Shown: in pieces, positions 9,508 to 17,999 of the stretch
Position numbering within the stretch: position 1 is the first letter of the stretch
Layout: every line of letters starts with the position of its first letter
Assembly: GCA_963728555.1 (NCBI GenBank)
Contig: CAVSKP010000005.1
Location: 21,413-85,412 of the forward strand
Direction of reading: 5' to 3'
Origin: an uncultured Actinomycetota bacterium
GTDB lineage: Bacteria > Actinomycetota > Actinomycetes > Propionibacteriales > Nocardioidaceae
DNA length: 64,000 nucleotides
Position numbers and translations under genes: made by a program
Notes under the pieces: model-generated
What the model was told of the DNA's origin: nothing
The model's input: the letters and a program-made list of their open reading frames with translations, nothing else
The model's database searches: none

Positions 9508-9924
9508 TCAGGCGACCGCCAGCACCACGTCCATGTTGCCGCGCGTCGCGTTCGAGTAGGGGCAGACCTGGTGAGCCGCCTGCACGACGCGCTCGGCCGT
9601 CTCGCGGTCGGCGTTCGGCAGGTTGACCTCGATGCGGGCCGTCAGGCCGAAGCCGCCTTCGGCCAGCATCCCGAGCGAGACATCGGCGACGACCTCGGAG
9701 TCGGTGGTGTCGACCTGCTGCTTGGCGGCGACCAGCTTGAGGGCCGAGTGGAAGCACGCCGCGTAGCCCGCGGCGAACAGCTGCTCGGGGTTCGTGGCAC
9801 CGCCCTCGCCACCCAGCTCCCTGGGCGTGCGGACCGCGGTGTCGAGATGACCGTCGAGCGTCTGGACGTGGCCGTTGCGGCCGTCCCCGGTCGCGACGGC
9901 TGAGGTGAGGTAGAGGGTCTTCAT
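9508..9924 (-). CDS. ohr: Organic hydroperoxide resistance protein Ohr
   Basis: ATNPEQLFAAGYAACF and AHQVCPYSNATRGN with both catalytic Cys. Confidence 0.95.
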   Translation of the reverse strand: MKTLYLTSAVATGDGRNGHVQTLDGHLDTAVRTPRELGGEGGATNPEQLFAAGYAACFHSALKLVAAKQQVDTTDSEVVADVSLGMLAEGGFGLTARIEVNLPNADRETAERVVQAAHQVCPYSNATRGNMDVVLAVA

Positions 9925-9929
9925 GCAGA

Positions 9930-9957
9930 GCAATCTATTGTGCACAATTGAATTGAG
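9930..9957. promoter_or_regulatory. OhrR operator(s)
   Basis: ACAATT-G-AATTGA at 9944-9956 resembles the known ACAATT-N-AATTGT OhrR box; a second CAAT-CT-ATTG at 9931-9940. Confidence 0.7.
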
Positions 9958-9980
9958 TCAAGTTTGATAGTGTGAGAGTC

Positions 9981-10430
9981 ATGTCACGCCGCCACGCGAC
10001 CCTGGACCTCGACATGCAGCTCTGCTTCCCGCTGTACGCCACCACGCGCGCCGTCACCCGACGGTACGCCGAGCTGCTGACCGACGTGGGCCTCACCTAC
10101 CCGCAGTACCTCGTGATGCTCGCGCTCTGGAGCAGCAGCCCGTTGACGGTCGGTGAGCTGGGCGAGAGGTTGCGCCTGGACTCGGGGACGCTGACACCGC
10201 TACTCAAGCGCTTGGAGTCGGCCGGGCACGTCGAGCGCCGCCGCGACAGCAACGACGAGCGCCGGGTGCTGGTCGAGCCCACCCCTTCCGGCGCAGCGCT
10301 CCAGGATCGCGTGGCCCACGTGCCCACCGAGCTCGCGCGGTCGCTCTCGCTGACCCAGACCGACTACGCGCAGCTGCGCCGCATCCTGGCGGACCTGCTG
10401 CGTCACCTCGACGACGCCGGCGCCGCGTAG
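9981..10430 (+). CDS. ohrR: MarR-family organic peroxide sensor OhrR
   Basis: LDMQLCFPLYA sensing Cys, LTYPQYLVM, LDSGTLTPLLKRLE; divergent from ohr. Confidence 0.93.
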   Translation: MSRRHATLDLDMQLCFPLYATTRAVTRRYAELLTDVGLTYPQYLVMLALWSSSPLTVGELGERLRLDSGTLTPLLKRLESAGHVERRRDSNDERRVLVEPTPSGAALQDRVAHVPTELARSLSLTQTDYAQLRRILADLLRHLDDAGAA

Positions 10431-11029
10431 CCGCCGGCCGCCCGCACCATCGCGACCATCAGGTCGACGGCGGCGCGATCCGACAACCCCTCGGTGACGC
10501 ACAGGGAGCGCCAGGTGGCGAACGCGGTCGCGTGCGCCACGGCCGCTCGGCACGCTGTGCGGCGAGCGCCGGGCAGTCCGCTGAGCAACGTCGTCCGCCA
10601 GACCTGCTCCCCGTGGAAGCGTGCGGCCTTCACCTGGTCCGGGACCACATCGACATCGCGGGTGATCATCGTCAGCATCTGCTCCCCCGCCCGGAAGTAG
10701 CGGTAGATGTCCTGAAGGCCGGTGCGCAACCTGTTCCAGGGGTCGTCGTCCGTCGTCCAGCGCGAAGGGTCGGGCGGCTGCTGCCGCGCGAGCCACTGGG
10801 CCGAACAGGCCATGAAGAGCGCCTCGTCGTCCGGGAAGTGACGGTAGACGGTCGCCCGGGTCACCCCTGCTCGGTCGGCGATCGCCGAGACGGTCACGCG
10901 GGCAGGGCCGATCGTCCCGTGGAGCTCCTCGGTGGCGTCGACGATGCGCGCCCGGGTGCGCTGCTCGTCGTCGGCCCGCTTGACCTTGCGGTACCCACGC
11001 AACTTCGTCGAACGCGTGTGTTCACTCAA
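10403..11029 (-). CDS. TetR/AcrR family regulator
   Basis: TVSAIADRAGVTRATVYRHFP helix-turn-helix. Confidence 0.88.
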   Translation of the reverse strand: MSEHTRSTKLRGYRKVKRADDEQRTRARIVDATEELHGTIGPARVTVSAIADRAGVTRATVYRHFPDDEALFMACSAQWLARQQPPDPSRWTTDDDPWNRLRTGLQDIYRYFRAGEQMLTMITRDVDVVPDQVKAARFHGEQVWRTTLLSGLPGARRTACRAAVAHATAFATWRSLCVTEGLSDRAAVDLMVAMVRAAGGYAAPASSR

Positions 11030-11070
11030 AGGGTTGACATCTCCTAGCCGAGGGACGAACCTTATTGGCT

Positions 11071-11084
11071 ATACAACACTGTAT
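11071..11084. promoter_or_regulatory. Small inverted repeat, possible operator
   Basis: ATACA-ACAC-TGTAT between divergent tetR and cupin genes. Confidence 0.35.
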
Positions 11085-11110
11085 TACCGAATCGCGGAGG
11101 TAGCGGACTC

Positions 11111-11629
11111 ATGAGCCGTGTCGAGGTACCCGATCTGACAGTGGTGCAGCCCGGTGAGGGCGACGAGAAGGGGCTCGGCACGATCGGGGTGGTCTTCAAG
11201 CTGTTCGGCGAGCAGACCAACGGGATGGTCTCGATCGTCGAGCACCCGTTCCCCGTCGGAGCGTGCGTCCCACCCCACCTGCACACCCGCGAGGACGAGT
11301 ACTCGATCGTCACCGAAGGGGAGATCGGCTTCCGGTCCGGTGACCGCGAGGTGGTGCTCGGCGCCGGCGGTTACATCACCAAGCCGCGCGGCGAGGCGCA
11401 CGCGATGTGGAACGCCGGCAACGTTCCGGCGCGGATGATCGAGGTCATCAGCCCGGCGGGTTTCGAGCACTTCTTCTGGGCCATGGGCGAGGCCGCGGCC
11501 GACGGCCCGCCCGACCCCGCCACCGTCCGAGCGCTGGCCGATGAGCACGGGCTGCAGTTCGCCGACGTCCCCTGGATCGACGACGTCGTGGCGAGGTACC
11601 GGCTCACCCCACCCCCAGGGCGTCGGTGA
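11111..11629 (+). CDS. Cupin domain protein
   Basis: PPHLHTREDEYSIVTEG and KPRGEAHAMWN cupin motifs. Confidence 0.88.
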   Translation: MSRVEVPDLTVVQPGEGDEKGLGTIGVVFKLFGEQTNGMVSIVEHPFPVGACVPPHLHTREDEYSIVTEGEIGFRSGDREVVLGAGGYITKPRGEAHAMWNAGNVPARMIEVISPAGFEHFFWAMGEAAADGPPDPATVRALADEHGLQFADVPWIDDVVARYRLTPPPGRR

Positions 11630-11675
11630 ACGAGTGACCCGAACTCGCCGTAGGTCGTGGCCTGCGGCGTCTACA

Positions 11676-11735
11676 CCGCCGGGCCGACGAACGTGAACGA
11701 CAACGATGCCTTCGACGTCGACGTCGGCCCGGCGG
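11676..11735. terminator. Inverted repeat between convergent genes (probable terminator)
   Basis: CCGCCGGGCCGACG (11676-11689) / CGTCGGCCCGGCGG (11722-11735). Confidence 0.45.
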
Positions 11736-11745
11736 GGTAGCGGGC

Positions 11746-12846
11746 TCAGCCGAAGAACGCGCGCAGGTCGGCCACGATGGCGTCCGGGTTCTCCAGCACG
11801 GCGAAGTGCCCACCGCGCTCGAACTCCGACCAGTGCTGGATGTTGGCGTTGTCCCGCTCGGCCAGCGACCGGATCGTCTGGAAGTCGTCCTTGAAGACGG
11901 CGACCCCGAGGCGGCCGGTGCTCACCACCGGCTCACGCTGGGCGTGCGCCTCCTCGTAGTGGTAACGGACCGAGCCGGCGGCGGTGTTCGTGAGCCAGTA
12001 CAGCGTGACCTGCTCCAGCACCTGCTCCGGCGCGACCAGCGAGGTGCCGTTGCCGAAGCTCTCGAACAGCTCGGAGTAGGCGAGCTGCCCGACCGGGCTG
12101 TCGGACAGGCCGGCGGCCACGGTCTGCGGGCGCGAGCCGTTCATCGCGTTGTACCCGCCGACGGACTGGAACCACTGCATGTGCTCCAGCGCGGCGTACT
12201 CCTTCGGGCCGAACCCCTCGAACTCCGCCGGGTCACCGGAGGGGAAGGAGAACAGCTGCAGCACGTGTGCGCCGAGGAAGCCCTCGGGGTCGAGGATCGC
12301 CAGCTCGCGGCTGACCATCGCGCCACCGTCGGAGCCGTGCACGCCGTACGACGTGTAGCCGAGCCGGCGCATCAGCTCGTCGTAGGCCCGGGCCACGCGC
12401 GCCATGGTCCAGCCGCCGTCGACGACCGGGGTGGAGAACCCGAAGCCGGGCATCGACGGGATCACGAGGTCGAAGCCGGCCTCGGTCAGCGGGCCGACGA
12501 GTGGCAGGAACTCCAGGAACGAGCCGGGGTAGGTGTGCGCCAGCAGCAGCGCCTTGGCGCCCGGCACCGTGGACTTCACGTGGACGAAGTGGATGGTCTG
12601 CCCGTCGATCTCGGTGACGAAGTTCGGGCGGGCGTTGATCCGAGCCTCGACCGCACGCCAGTCGAAGGACTTCCAGCGCTCGACCATGTCGCGGAGGTAC
12701 GACGTCGGGGTGCCGTAGTCCCACGAGTCGCCGGGCGCGGCCGGGGCGAAGCGGGTGCTCGCGAGCCGGCGCTGCAGGTCGTCGACGTCGGCTTGCGGGA
12801 TCTCGACGGTGAAGGGGCGGATGGCGGTGTCAGGTGTGGTGTTCAT
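11746..12846 (-). CDS. Epoxide hydrolase family protein
   Basis: EHN N-terminus (IRPFTVEIPQADVDDLQRRL), HTYPGSF, PSMPGFGFS, HGSDGG nucleophile Asp, GGHFAVLE. Confidence 0.9.
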   Translation of the reverse strand: MNTTPDTAIRPFTVEIPQADVDDLQRRLASTRFAPAAPGDSWDYGTPTSYLRDMVERWKSFDWRAVEARINARPNFVTEIDGQTIHFVHVKSTVPGAKALLLAHTYPGSFLEFLPLVGPLTEAGFDLVIPSMPGFGFSTPVVDGGWTMARVARAYDELMRRLGYTSYGVHGSDGGAMVSRELAILDPEGFLGAHVLQLFSFPSGDPAEFEGFGPKEYAALEHMQWFQSVGGYNAMNGSRPQTVAAGLSDSPVGQLAYSELFESFGNGTSLVAPEQVLEQVTLYWLTNTAAGSVRYHYEEAHAQREPVVSTGRLGVAVFKDDFQTIRSLAERDNANIQHWSEFERGGHFAVLENPDAIVADLRAFFG

Positions 12847-12864
12847 GACGGCAACGCTAGGAGG

Positions 12865-12892
12865 TATTCCGGAAGATATGATTCCGGAAATA
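12865..12892. promoter_or_regulatory. Operator made of two TTCCGGAA palindromes 15 bp apart
   Basis: TTCCGGAA at 12867-12874 and 12882-12889; together CCGGAA-N7-TTCCGG. Confidence 0.65.
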
Positions 12893-12913
12893 TCGAGGGA
12901 AAGAGAGGAATTC

Positions 12914-13861
12914 GTGGGCGAGACCGCGACCCGCACCCTGGCGCTCCTGGCGCTGCTGCAGACCCGCGCCGACTGGTCCGGATCCGACCTCGCGAGCCGG
13001 CTGGACGTGTCGGACCGGACCATCCGCAACGACGTCGCGCGCCTTCGGGAGCTGGGTTACCCCGTCGACTCCGTGCGAGGTCCCGGCGGTCGCTACCGCC
13101 TGGGTGTCGGCGCGAAGCTGCCGCCGCTGCTGCTCGACGACGAGGAGGCGGTGGCGGTCGCGGTGGGCCTGCGGGCCGCCACCGGCGTCGCGGGCGTGGA
13201 GGAGACGAGCGCCCGGGCGCTCGCGAAGCTCGAGCAGGTGCTGCCCGACCGCCTGCGGCGCAAGCTGAACGCACTGGTCCGGGCGACCACGGCCGGACCC
13301 GTCAACACCGACAGCAACGTCGAGGATCCCGAGGTCGACGCCGGCGTCCTGGAGACCATCTCCCTCGCGATCCGCGACTGCGACGGCCTCCGGTGCGACT
13401 ACCGCGACGAACCGCTGGAGATCGAGCCCTACCACCTGGTCGCCTGGCAACGGCGGTGGTACCTCGTCGCGCGCGACCCGCGGCAGGACACGTGGGCGCC
13501 GTACCGCGTCGACTGGCTCCGCCTCAGGACACCGGGGGGACGGCGGTTCGTCCCGTCGGAGTTCCCGGGCGACATCACCGAGTTCGTCGTCCGCGAGGTC
13601 GCCCGCACGGGCTGGGCGGTCCATGCGCGGATCCGCATCGACGCATCCGCGGACGAGGTGGTGGCCCGGATCAACCCGGCCGTCGGCACCGTCGAGGCCC
13701 ACCCCGACGGCGGCAGCGTGCTGGTCACCGGCGGTGACAGCCTCGAGGTCGTCGCCGTCTGGATCTCGATGCTCGGCATGCCCTTCCATGTCAGCGACCC
13801 GCCGGAGCTCGTCGAGCACGTCCGGGACCTGGCCCAGAGGTACGCCGCCGCCCTCCCGTGA
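12914..13861 (+). CDS. HTH + WYL domain transcriptional regulator (YafY/PafC-like)
   Basis: wHTH VSDRTIRNDVARLRELGYPV, LPPLLLDDEEAVAV, RRWYLVA; GAGGAA RBS before GTG 12914. Confidence 0.92.
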   Translation: MGETATRTLALLALLQTRADWSGSDLASRLDVSDRTIRNDVARLRELGYPVDSVRGPGGRYRLGVGAKLPPLLLDDEEAVAVAVGLRAATGVAGVEETSARALAKLEQVLPDRLRRKLNALVRATTAGPVNTDSNVEDPEVDAGVLETISLAIRDCDGLRCDYRDEPLEIEPYHLVAWQRRWYLVARDPRQDTWAPYRVDWLRLRTPGGRRFVPSEFPGDITEFVVREVARTGWAVHARIRIDASADEVVARINPAVGTVEAHPDGGSVLVTGGDSLEVVAVWISMLGMPFHVSDPPELVEHVRDLAQRYAAALP

Positions 13862-13886
13862 CCGCGCCGGCGGCGGACAGCGGGGG

Positions 13887-13914
13887 TTGACACGCACCTG
13901 CCGCGGTCTAGCGT
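13887..13914 (+). promoter_or_regulatory. Housekeeping-sigma promoter for the VOC gene
   Basis: TTGACA (13887) N16 TAGCGT (13909). Confidence 0.5.
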
Positions 13915-13964
13915 GCAAGGAGGAGCTCGCTCGGGGAACTCGCCGATCGCCAAGGGGAGCCATC

Positions 13965-14345
13965 ATGTTGAACGACAGCAAGGTCACTGCGAACATTCCG
14001 GCCGCGGATCTCGAGCGAGCGCGCGCCTTCTACGCCGACAAGCTCGGCCTCACGCCTACCGACGAGAACCCCGGTGGTCTGATCTACGCCACGGGCGGCG
14101 GGACGATGTTCTTCCTCTACGCGACCGAGTACGCCGGCCAGGCCGGTCACACGATCGCGCAGTTCCATGTCTCCGACGTCGCGACCGAGGTGAAGGACCT
14201 CCAGTCGAAGGGCGTCACGTTCGAGCACTACGACCTGCCGGACATCACCTGGGACGGCGACATCGCCAGCGCGGGCGACATGGGGCACATGGCGTGGTTC
14301 AAGGACAGCGAGGGCAACATCCTCTGCATCGACGACATGATGTGA
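13965..14345 (+). CDS. VOC / glyoxalase family protein
   Basis: IPAADLERARAFYADKLGL...AWFKDSEGNIL. Confidence 0.9.
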   Translation: MLNDSKVTANIPAADLERARAFYADKLGLTPTDENPGGLIYATGGGTMFFLYATEYAGQAGHTIAQFHVSDVATEVKDLQSKGVTFEHYDLPDITWDGDIASAGDMGHMAWFKDSEGNILCIDDMM

Positions 14346-14374
14346 CGCCCGGGTCCTCGTGACCCGGAACGCGA

Positions 14375-15268
14375 TCAGCGGACGAGGTCGGCGAGCAGCT
14401 CGGGCGCTCGCTGGGCCCAGTCGTGCGGGTACTCGTGACCGAGGCCGGGGACCTCCTGCCACGAACACGTCCCGCCCGCGGCGAGCACCGCGTCCCGGAA
14501 GACCCGCTGGTTGGCGGCGGGAAGCGGGTCTTGGCCGCCCGCGACCAGCGCGCCCGGCACCAGCCTCGCCATCGTGGCCGCGCCGGGTCGGGGCGCACCG
14601 ACGACGGCGAGCCAGCCGTCCGCACGTACCTCGCCGTTGAGCGTCGCGCTGGCCGCCAGGCCCGCGCCCTGGGAGGCGCCGGCGAGGACGAGGGGTACGT
14701 CGTCCCGCACGGTCGCCACGCCGGTGCGGACGTCGCGGAGGGCGAGGTCGCGGTCGTCCCAGCACGGGAAGCCGTCCCCGTCCACCAGGGTCGACTCCAC
14801 CGAGACGACGCGCACGCCGACGTCGACCAGCGGCGCCCACGTCTCGAGGCTCTCGGCCGCGCACACGCCGTACATGTGGAGGGCCACCACGCTGACCCAG
14901 GGCCGGTCGGGCTCCCGTACCTCGACCTGCGCGCGGCTGCGGCGAGCGGCCTCGACGGCCTCGGCCGCCCGGGCGCGCAGCGCCTCGCCGACCGCGCCGA
15001 GGACGAGCCAGTCGTCCTCGAGGGAGGAGACCTGGCGGTCGCTCCACCATCGGCCCGCCTCGAGCACGCCGGTGGCCGCGGCCAGCGCGTCGGCAGCGCG
15101 TCCCAGCTGGACCAGCACCTCCGCGCGGATCTGGGACAGCGACGCGAACCGGTCCGGGTAGCGCACGATGAGGTCGTCGGTGACGGCCAGGGCCCGTTCC
15201 TGGTCGCCGGCCTGGTAGGCCCGGGTGATCTCGGTGGTGGCCACCCACACGCTGACCGGGCGCGTCAC
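14375..15268 (-). CDS. TPR-like N-terminus plus alpha/beta hydrolase
   Basis: Helical N-terminus (AEVLVQLGRAADAL), GASQG nucleophile elbow, GGQDP, GLGHEYP; GTG overlaps the stop of the upstream gene. Confidence 0.65.
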   Translation of the reverse strand: MTRPVSVWVATTEITRAYQAGDQERALAVTDDLIVRYPDRFASLSQIRAEVLVQLGRAADALAAATGVLEAGRWWSDRQVSSLEDDWLVLGAVGEALRARAAEAVEAARRSRAQVEVREPDRPWVSVVALHMYGVCAAESLETWAPLVDVGVRVVSVESTLVDGDGFPCWDDRDLALRDVRTGVATVRDDVPLVLAGASQGAGLAASATLNGEVRADGWLAVVGAPRPGAATMARLVPGALVAGGQDPLPAANQRVFRDAVLAAGGTCSWQEVPGLGHEYPHDWAQRAPELLADLVR

Positions 15269-16140
15269 GCGGCGTCGTCCGGGGCGTCCGGTGCGCGGGT
15301 CGGGTCGACGCCGGCGACGAACGCCTCGGCCTGGCGGGCGACGTTGGGTGCGCCGGCCGCCGTCGCCCAACGGGCCACCTCGGCGGCCACGGCCTGCGCG
15401 CCCGCCTCGTCGCCCGCGTCCCGCGCGAGCACCGCGAGCAGCAGGACCTGGGCGAGCGTGCCGCCGACGTGCCCGGCGCGGGCCCCGGCTTCGGTCGACT
15501 CGCGCCAGCGCTCGAGGGCGTCCGGCAGGTTGCCGTCGTCGTGGGCGTGGTCGCCGAGGTGGCGCTGCCCCTCGAACACCAGGACGTCGTCCTTCCCCGC
15601 ACGGCCCGCCACCAGGCCGGCCTCGTAGAAGGCCGGCGCGAGGTCCCGCTCGGCCAGGACGTTGTCCGCGATCCAGCCGCGGCAGACCGAGGCCCAGCCG
15701 CGGCGTACGTCGTCCGGCGCGGTCTCGTGGACGCGGCGCGCGTGCTCGAGCAGGACGGCGACCTCGTCGGCGTCACGACCATCCGGGCCCATCCGGTAGG
15801 AGCCGTCCGGGCGCCTGATCGCCTGGGAGTACGCGCGACGCAGATGCAGCCAGTCGGCGTCCCAGCGGGTGGCCCGGAAGTCGACGGAGTCGGTGTCGTG
15901 CTCGGCGAGCAGCTTGTCGAGCGCGTCGAAACGCTCGTCCGCCGACGCCGCGCCGGCAGCCATCTCGGCACGGTCGGCGACGTCGGCGGCGGTGAGGGCG
16001 AGCCGGACCCGGCCGGGGCCGTCGTCCGCACCGGGCGTCGTACCGTCGAGCAGGCGCAGGGCGGCGTCGAAGTGCAAGCCCAGTGCCAGCGTGATCGCTG
16101 CTCCACAGATGGCGGGCAGGTCGGTGTGCGTGGTCGTCAT
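15265..16140 (-). CDS. Uncharacterised TPR-like helical protein
   Basis: Ala-rich helical repeats, RHLGDHAHDDG...ALERWREST; start adjacent to the MarR operator. Confidence 0.65.
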   Translation of the reverse strand: MTTTHTDLPAICGAAITLALGLHFDAALRLLDGTTPGADDGPGRVRLALTAADVADRAEMAAGAASADERFDALDKLLAEHDTDSVDFRATRWDADWLHLRRAYSQAIRRPDGSYRMGPDGRDADEVAVLLEHARRVHETAPDDVRRGWASVCRGWIADNVLAERDLAPAFYEAGLVAGRAGKDDVLVFEGQRHLGDHAHDDGNLPDALERWRESTEAGARAGHVGGTLAQVLLLAVLARDAGDEAGAQAVAAEVARWATAAGAPNVARQAEAFVAGVDPTRAPDAPDDAA

Positions 16141-16150
16141 GAGCCGGTAG

Positions 16151-16187
16151 AATAGTTTTGGACAAAACTTTTCTCCAGAAAACTATT
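16151..16187. promoter_or_regulatory. MarR operator region (nested/tandem inverted repeats)
   Basis: AATAGTTTT-N19-AAAACTATT containing AGTTTT-GGAC-AAAACT and TTTTCT-CC-AGAAAA; AT-rich island in GC-rich DNA. Confidence 0.65.
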
Positions 16188-16200
16188 TCGGAGGACACCA

Positions 16201-16714
16201 ATGCCCACCGCACCCGGCCCCGACTCCGTCGACTTCCACGTCGCCCGCTGGGCCGAGGAGCTGCCGTGGATGAACCCCGTCCACGAGCAGATCGTCGCCC
16301 GCCTGATGACGGTCACCAAGCACCTCGCGCGGGCTCGCGAGGAGGCGTTCGCCGACGACGAGCTCGGCCGTGCGGCGTTCAAGGTGCTGCTGGCCCTGCG
16401 CCGGCTTGGGTCCGCCGTACGAAGCCCAGCCCTCCCGGCTGGCCGACGAGCTGGGGCTCAGTCGCGGCGCTCTGTCCGCCCGGCTCTCCCCGCTGGAGGA
16501 CACCGGCCTGATCACCCGGAGCGTCGACCCGCACGACCGGCGCAAGGTGCACGTGCGCCTGACAGCGAAGGGCAAGCGGGCGTTCGACCGCCACGGCCAG
16601 CACGAGGGCCGCGACGAGGCGTGGCTGCTCGACCACCTGACCCGCGCCGGCCAGCAGCGGCTGGCGGACCTCCTGCGCACCCTGGTGCTGGCGATCGAGG
16701 AGCCGCGGGTTTGA
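16201..16714 (+). CDS. MarR family regulator with a +1 frameshift at about 16408-16410
   Basis: Frame 1 ...FKVLLALRRLG joins frame 2 PPYEAQPSRLADELGLSRGALSARLSPLEDTGLITRSVDPHDRR; removing one G from GGG restores the protein. Confidence 0.8.
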
Positions 16715-16721
16715 TGGGCTC

Positions 16722-17937
16722 GTGAGCTACAGCGCACTGGACCACCTGGAGTGCCCGCGCTGCGCGGCGACGTACGACGCCACCGTGCTGCAGGGACTGT
16801 GCCCGGTGGACGGCTCACCGCTGCTGGCGAGGTACGACCTCGCCCGCGTCACCACGGACCCCGCGGCGATCGCCGGCCGGGCGCCCGACCTGTGGCGCTA
16901 CCACGAGCTCCTGCCGGTCTCCGGCGCCGAGCACGTCGTCACCCTCGGCGAGGGGATGACCCCGCTGCTGCCGGCACCTCGGCTCGGCGCCGAGCTGGGT
17001 CTCCCGCGGCTGACGATCAAGGACGACGGGCTGCTGCCGACCGGGTCGTTCAAGGCTCGCGGCGCGGCCGTGGGCGTCTCCCGCGCGAAGGAGCTCGGCG
17101 CGCATCGACTCGCGATGCCGACGAACGGGAACGCGGGCGCCGCCTGGTCGACGTACGCCGCCCGGGCCGGCCTGCGTGCCACCATCGCCATGCCCGTGGA
17201 CGCGCCGCGGATCACCCGGGCCGAGACCGTCGTCACCGGCGGAGACCTGCGGCTGGTGGACGGCCTGATCTCGGACGCGGGCCGGCTGGTCGGCGCGGCG
17301 GTGGCGGCCAGCGACGAGGAGTGGTTCGAGGTCGCGACCCTCAAGGAGCCCTACCGGATCGAGGGCAAGAAGACGATGGGCCTCGAGATCGCCGAGCAGC
17401 TCGGCTGGCGGATGCCCGACGTGATCCTCTACCCGACCGGCGGCGGCGTCGGGCTGATCGGGATCCACAAGGCGTTGACGGAGGCACGCGACCTCGGCTG
17501 GGTCACTGGCGACCTGCCCCGGCTGGTGTCGGTGCAGTCGACCGGGTGCGCGCCGATCGTGACGGCGTTCGAGGCCGGCGCCGAGGAGTCGGTGAAGGTG
17601 GAGGACTCCGCCACGGTGGCGTTCGGCATCAACGTGCCGAAGGCGCTGGGCGACTTCCTGATCCTCCAGGCCGTCCGCGACACGAAAGGCACGGCCGTCG
17701 CGGTCGACGACGCCGACCTGCTCGCCGACCTCGTCCTCACTGCGCGGCTGGAGGGGCTGTTCCTGTGCCCCGAGGGCGCGGCCACCGTCACCGCCGCCCG
17801 TCACCTGGCGGGTACGGGCTGGCTCTCGCGCCGACGACGAGGTGGTGCTGCTCAACACCGGCGCCGGCGTCATCTACCCCGACACCGTCACCGTCGACGC
17901 GCCGACCATCGCCAAGGACGGCGTCCTGGTCCTGTAG
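16722..17937 (+). CDS. thrC: Threonine synthase, frameshift near 17825-17832
   Basis: N-terminal Zn ribbon, PTGSFKARG PLP Lys, YRIEGKKTMG, YPTGGGVG; true C-terminus DDEVVLLNTGAGVIYPD...VL* ends at TAG 17937 in another frame. Confidence 0.85.
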
Positions 17938-17999
17938 GGCGTGGGGATCGTTGCGCGATCGTGCTGGTCGCCCCCGGCGGCCACCCCTACGGTCACCGC

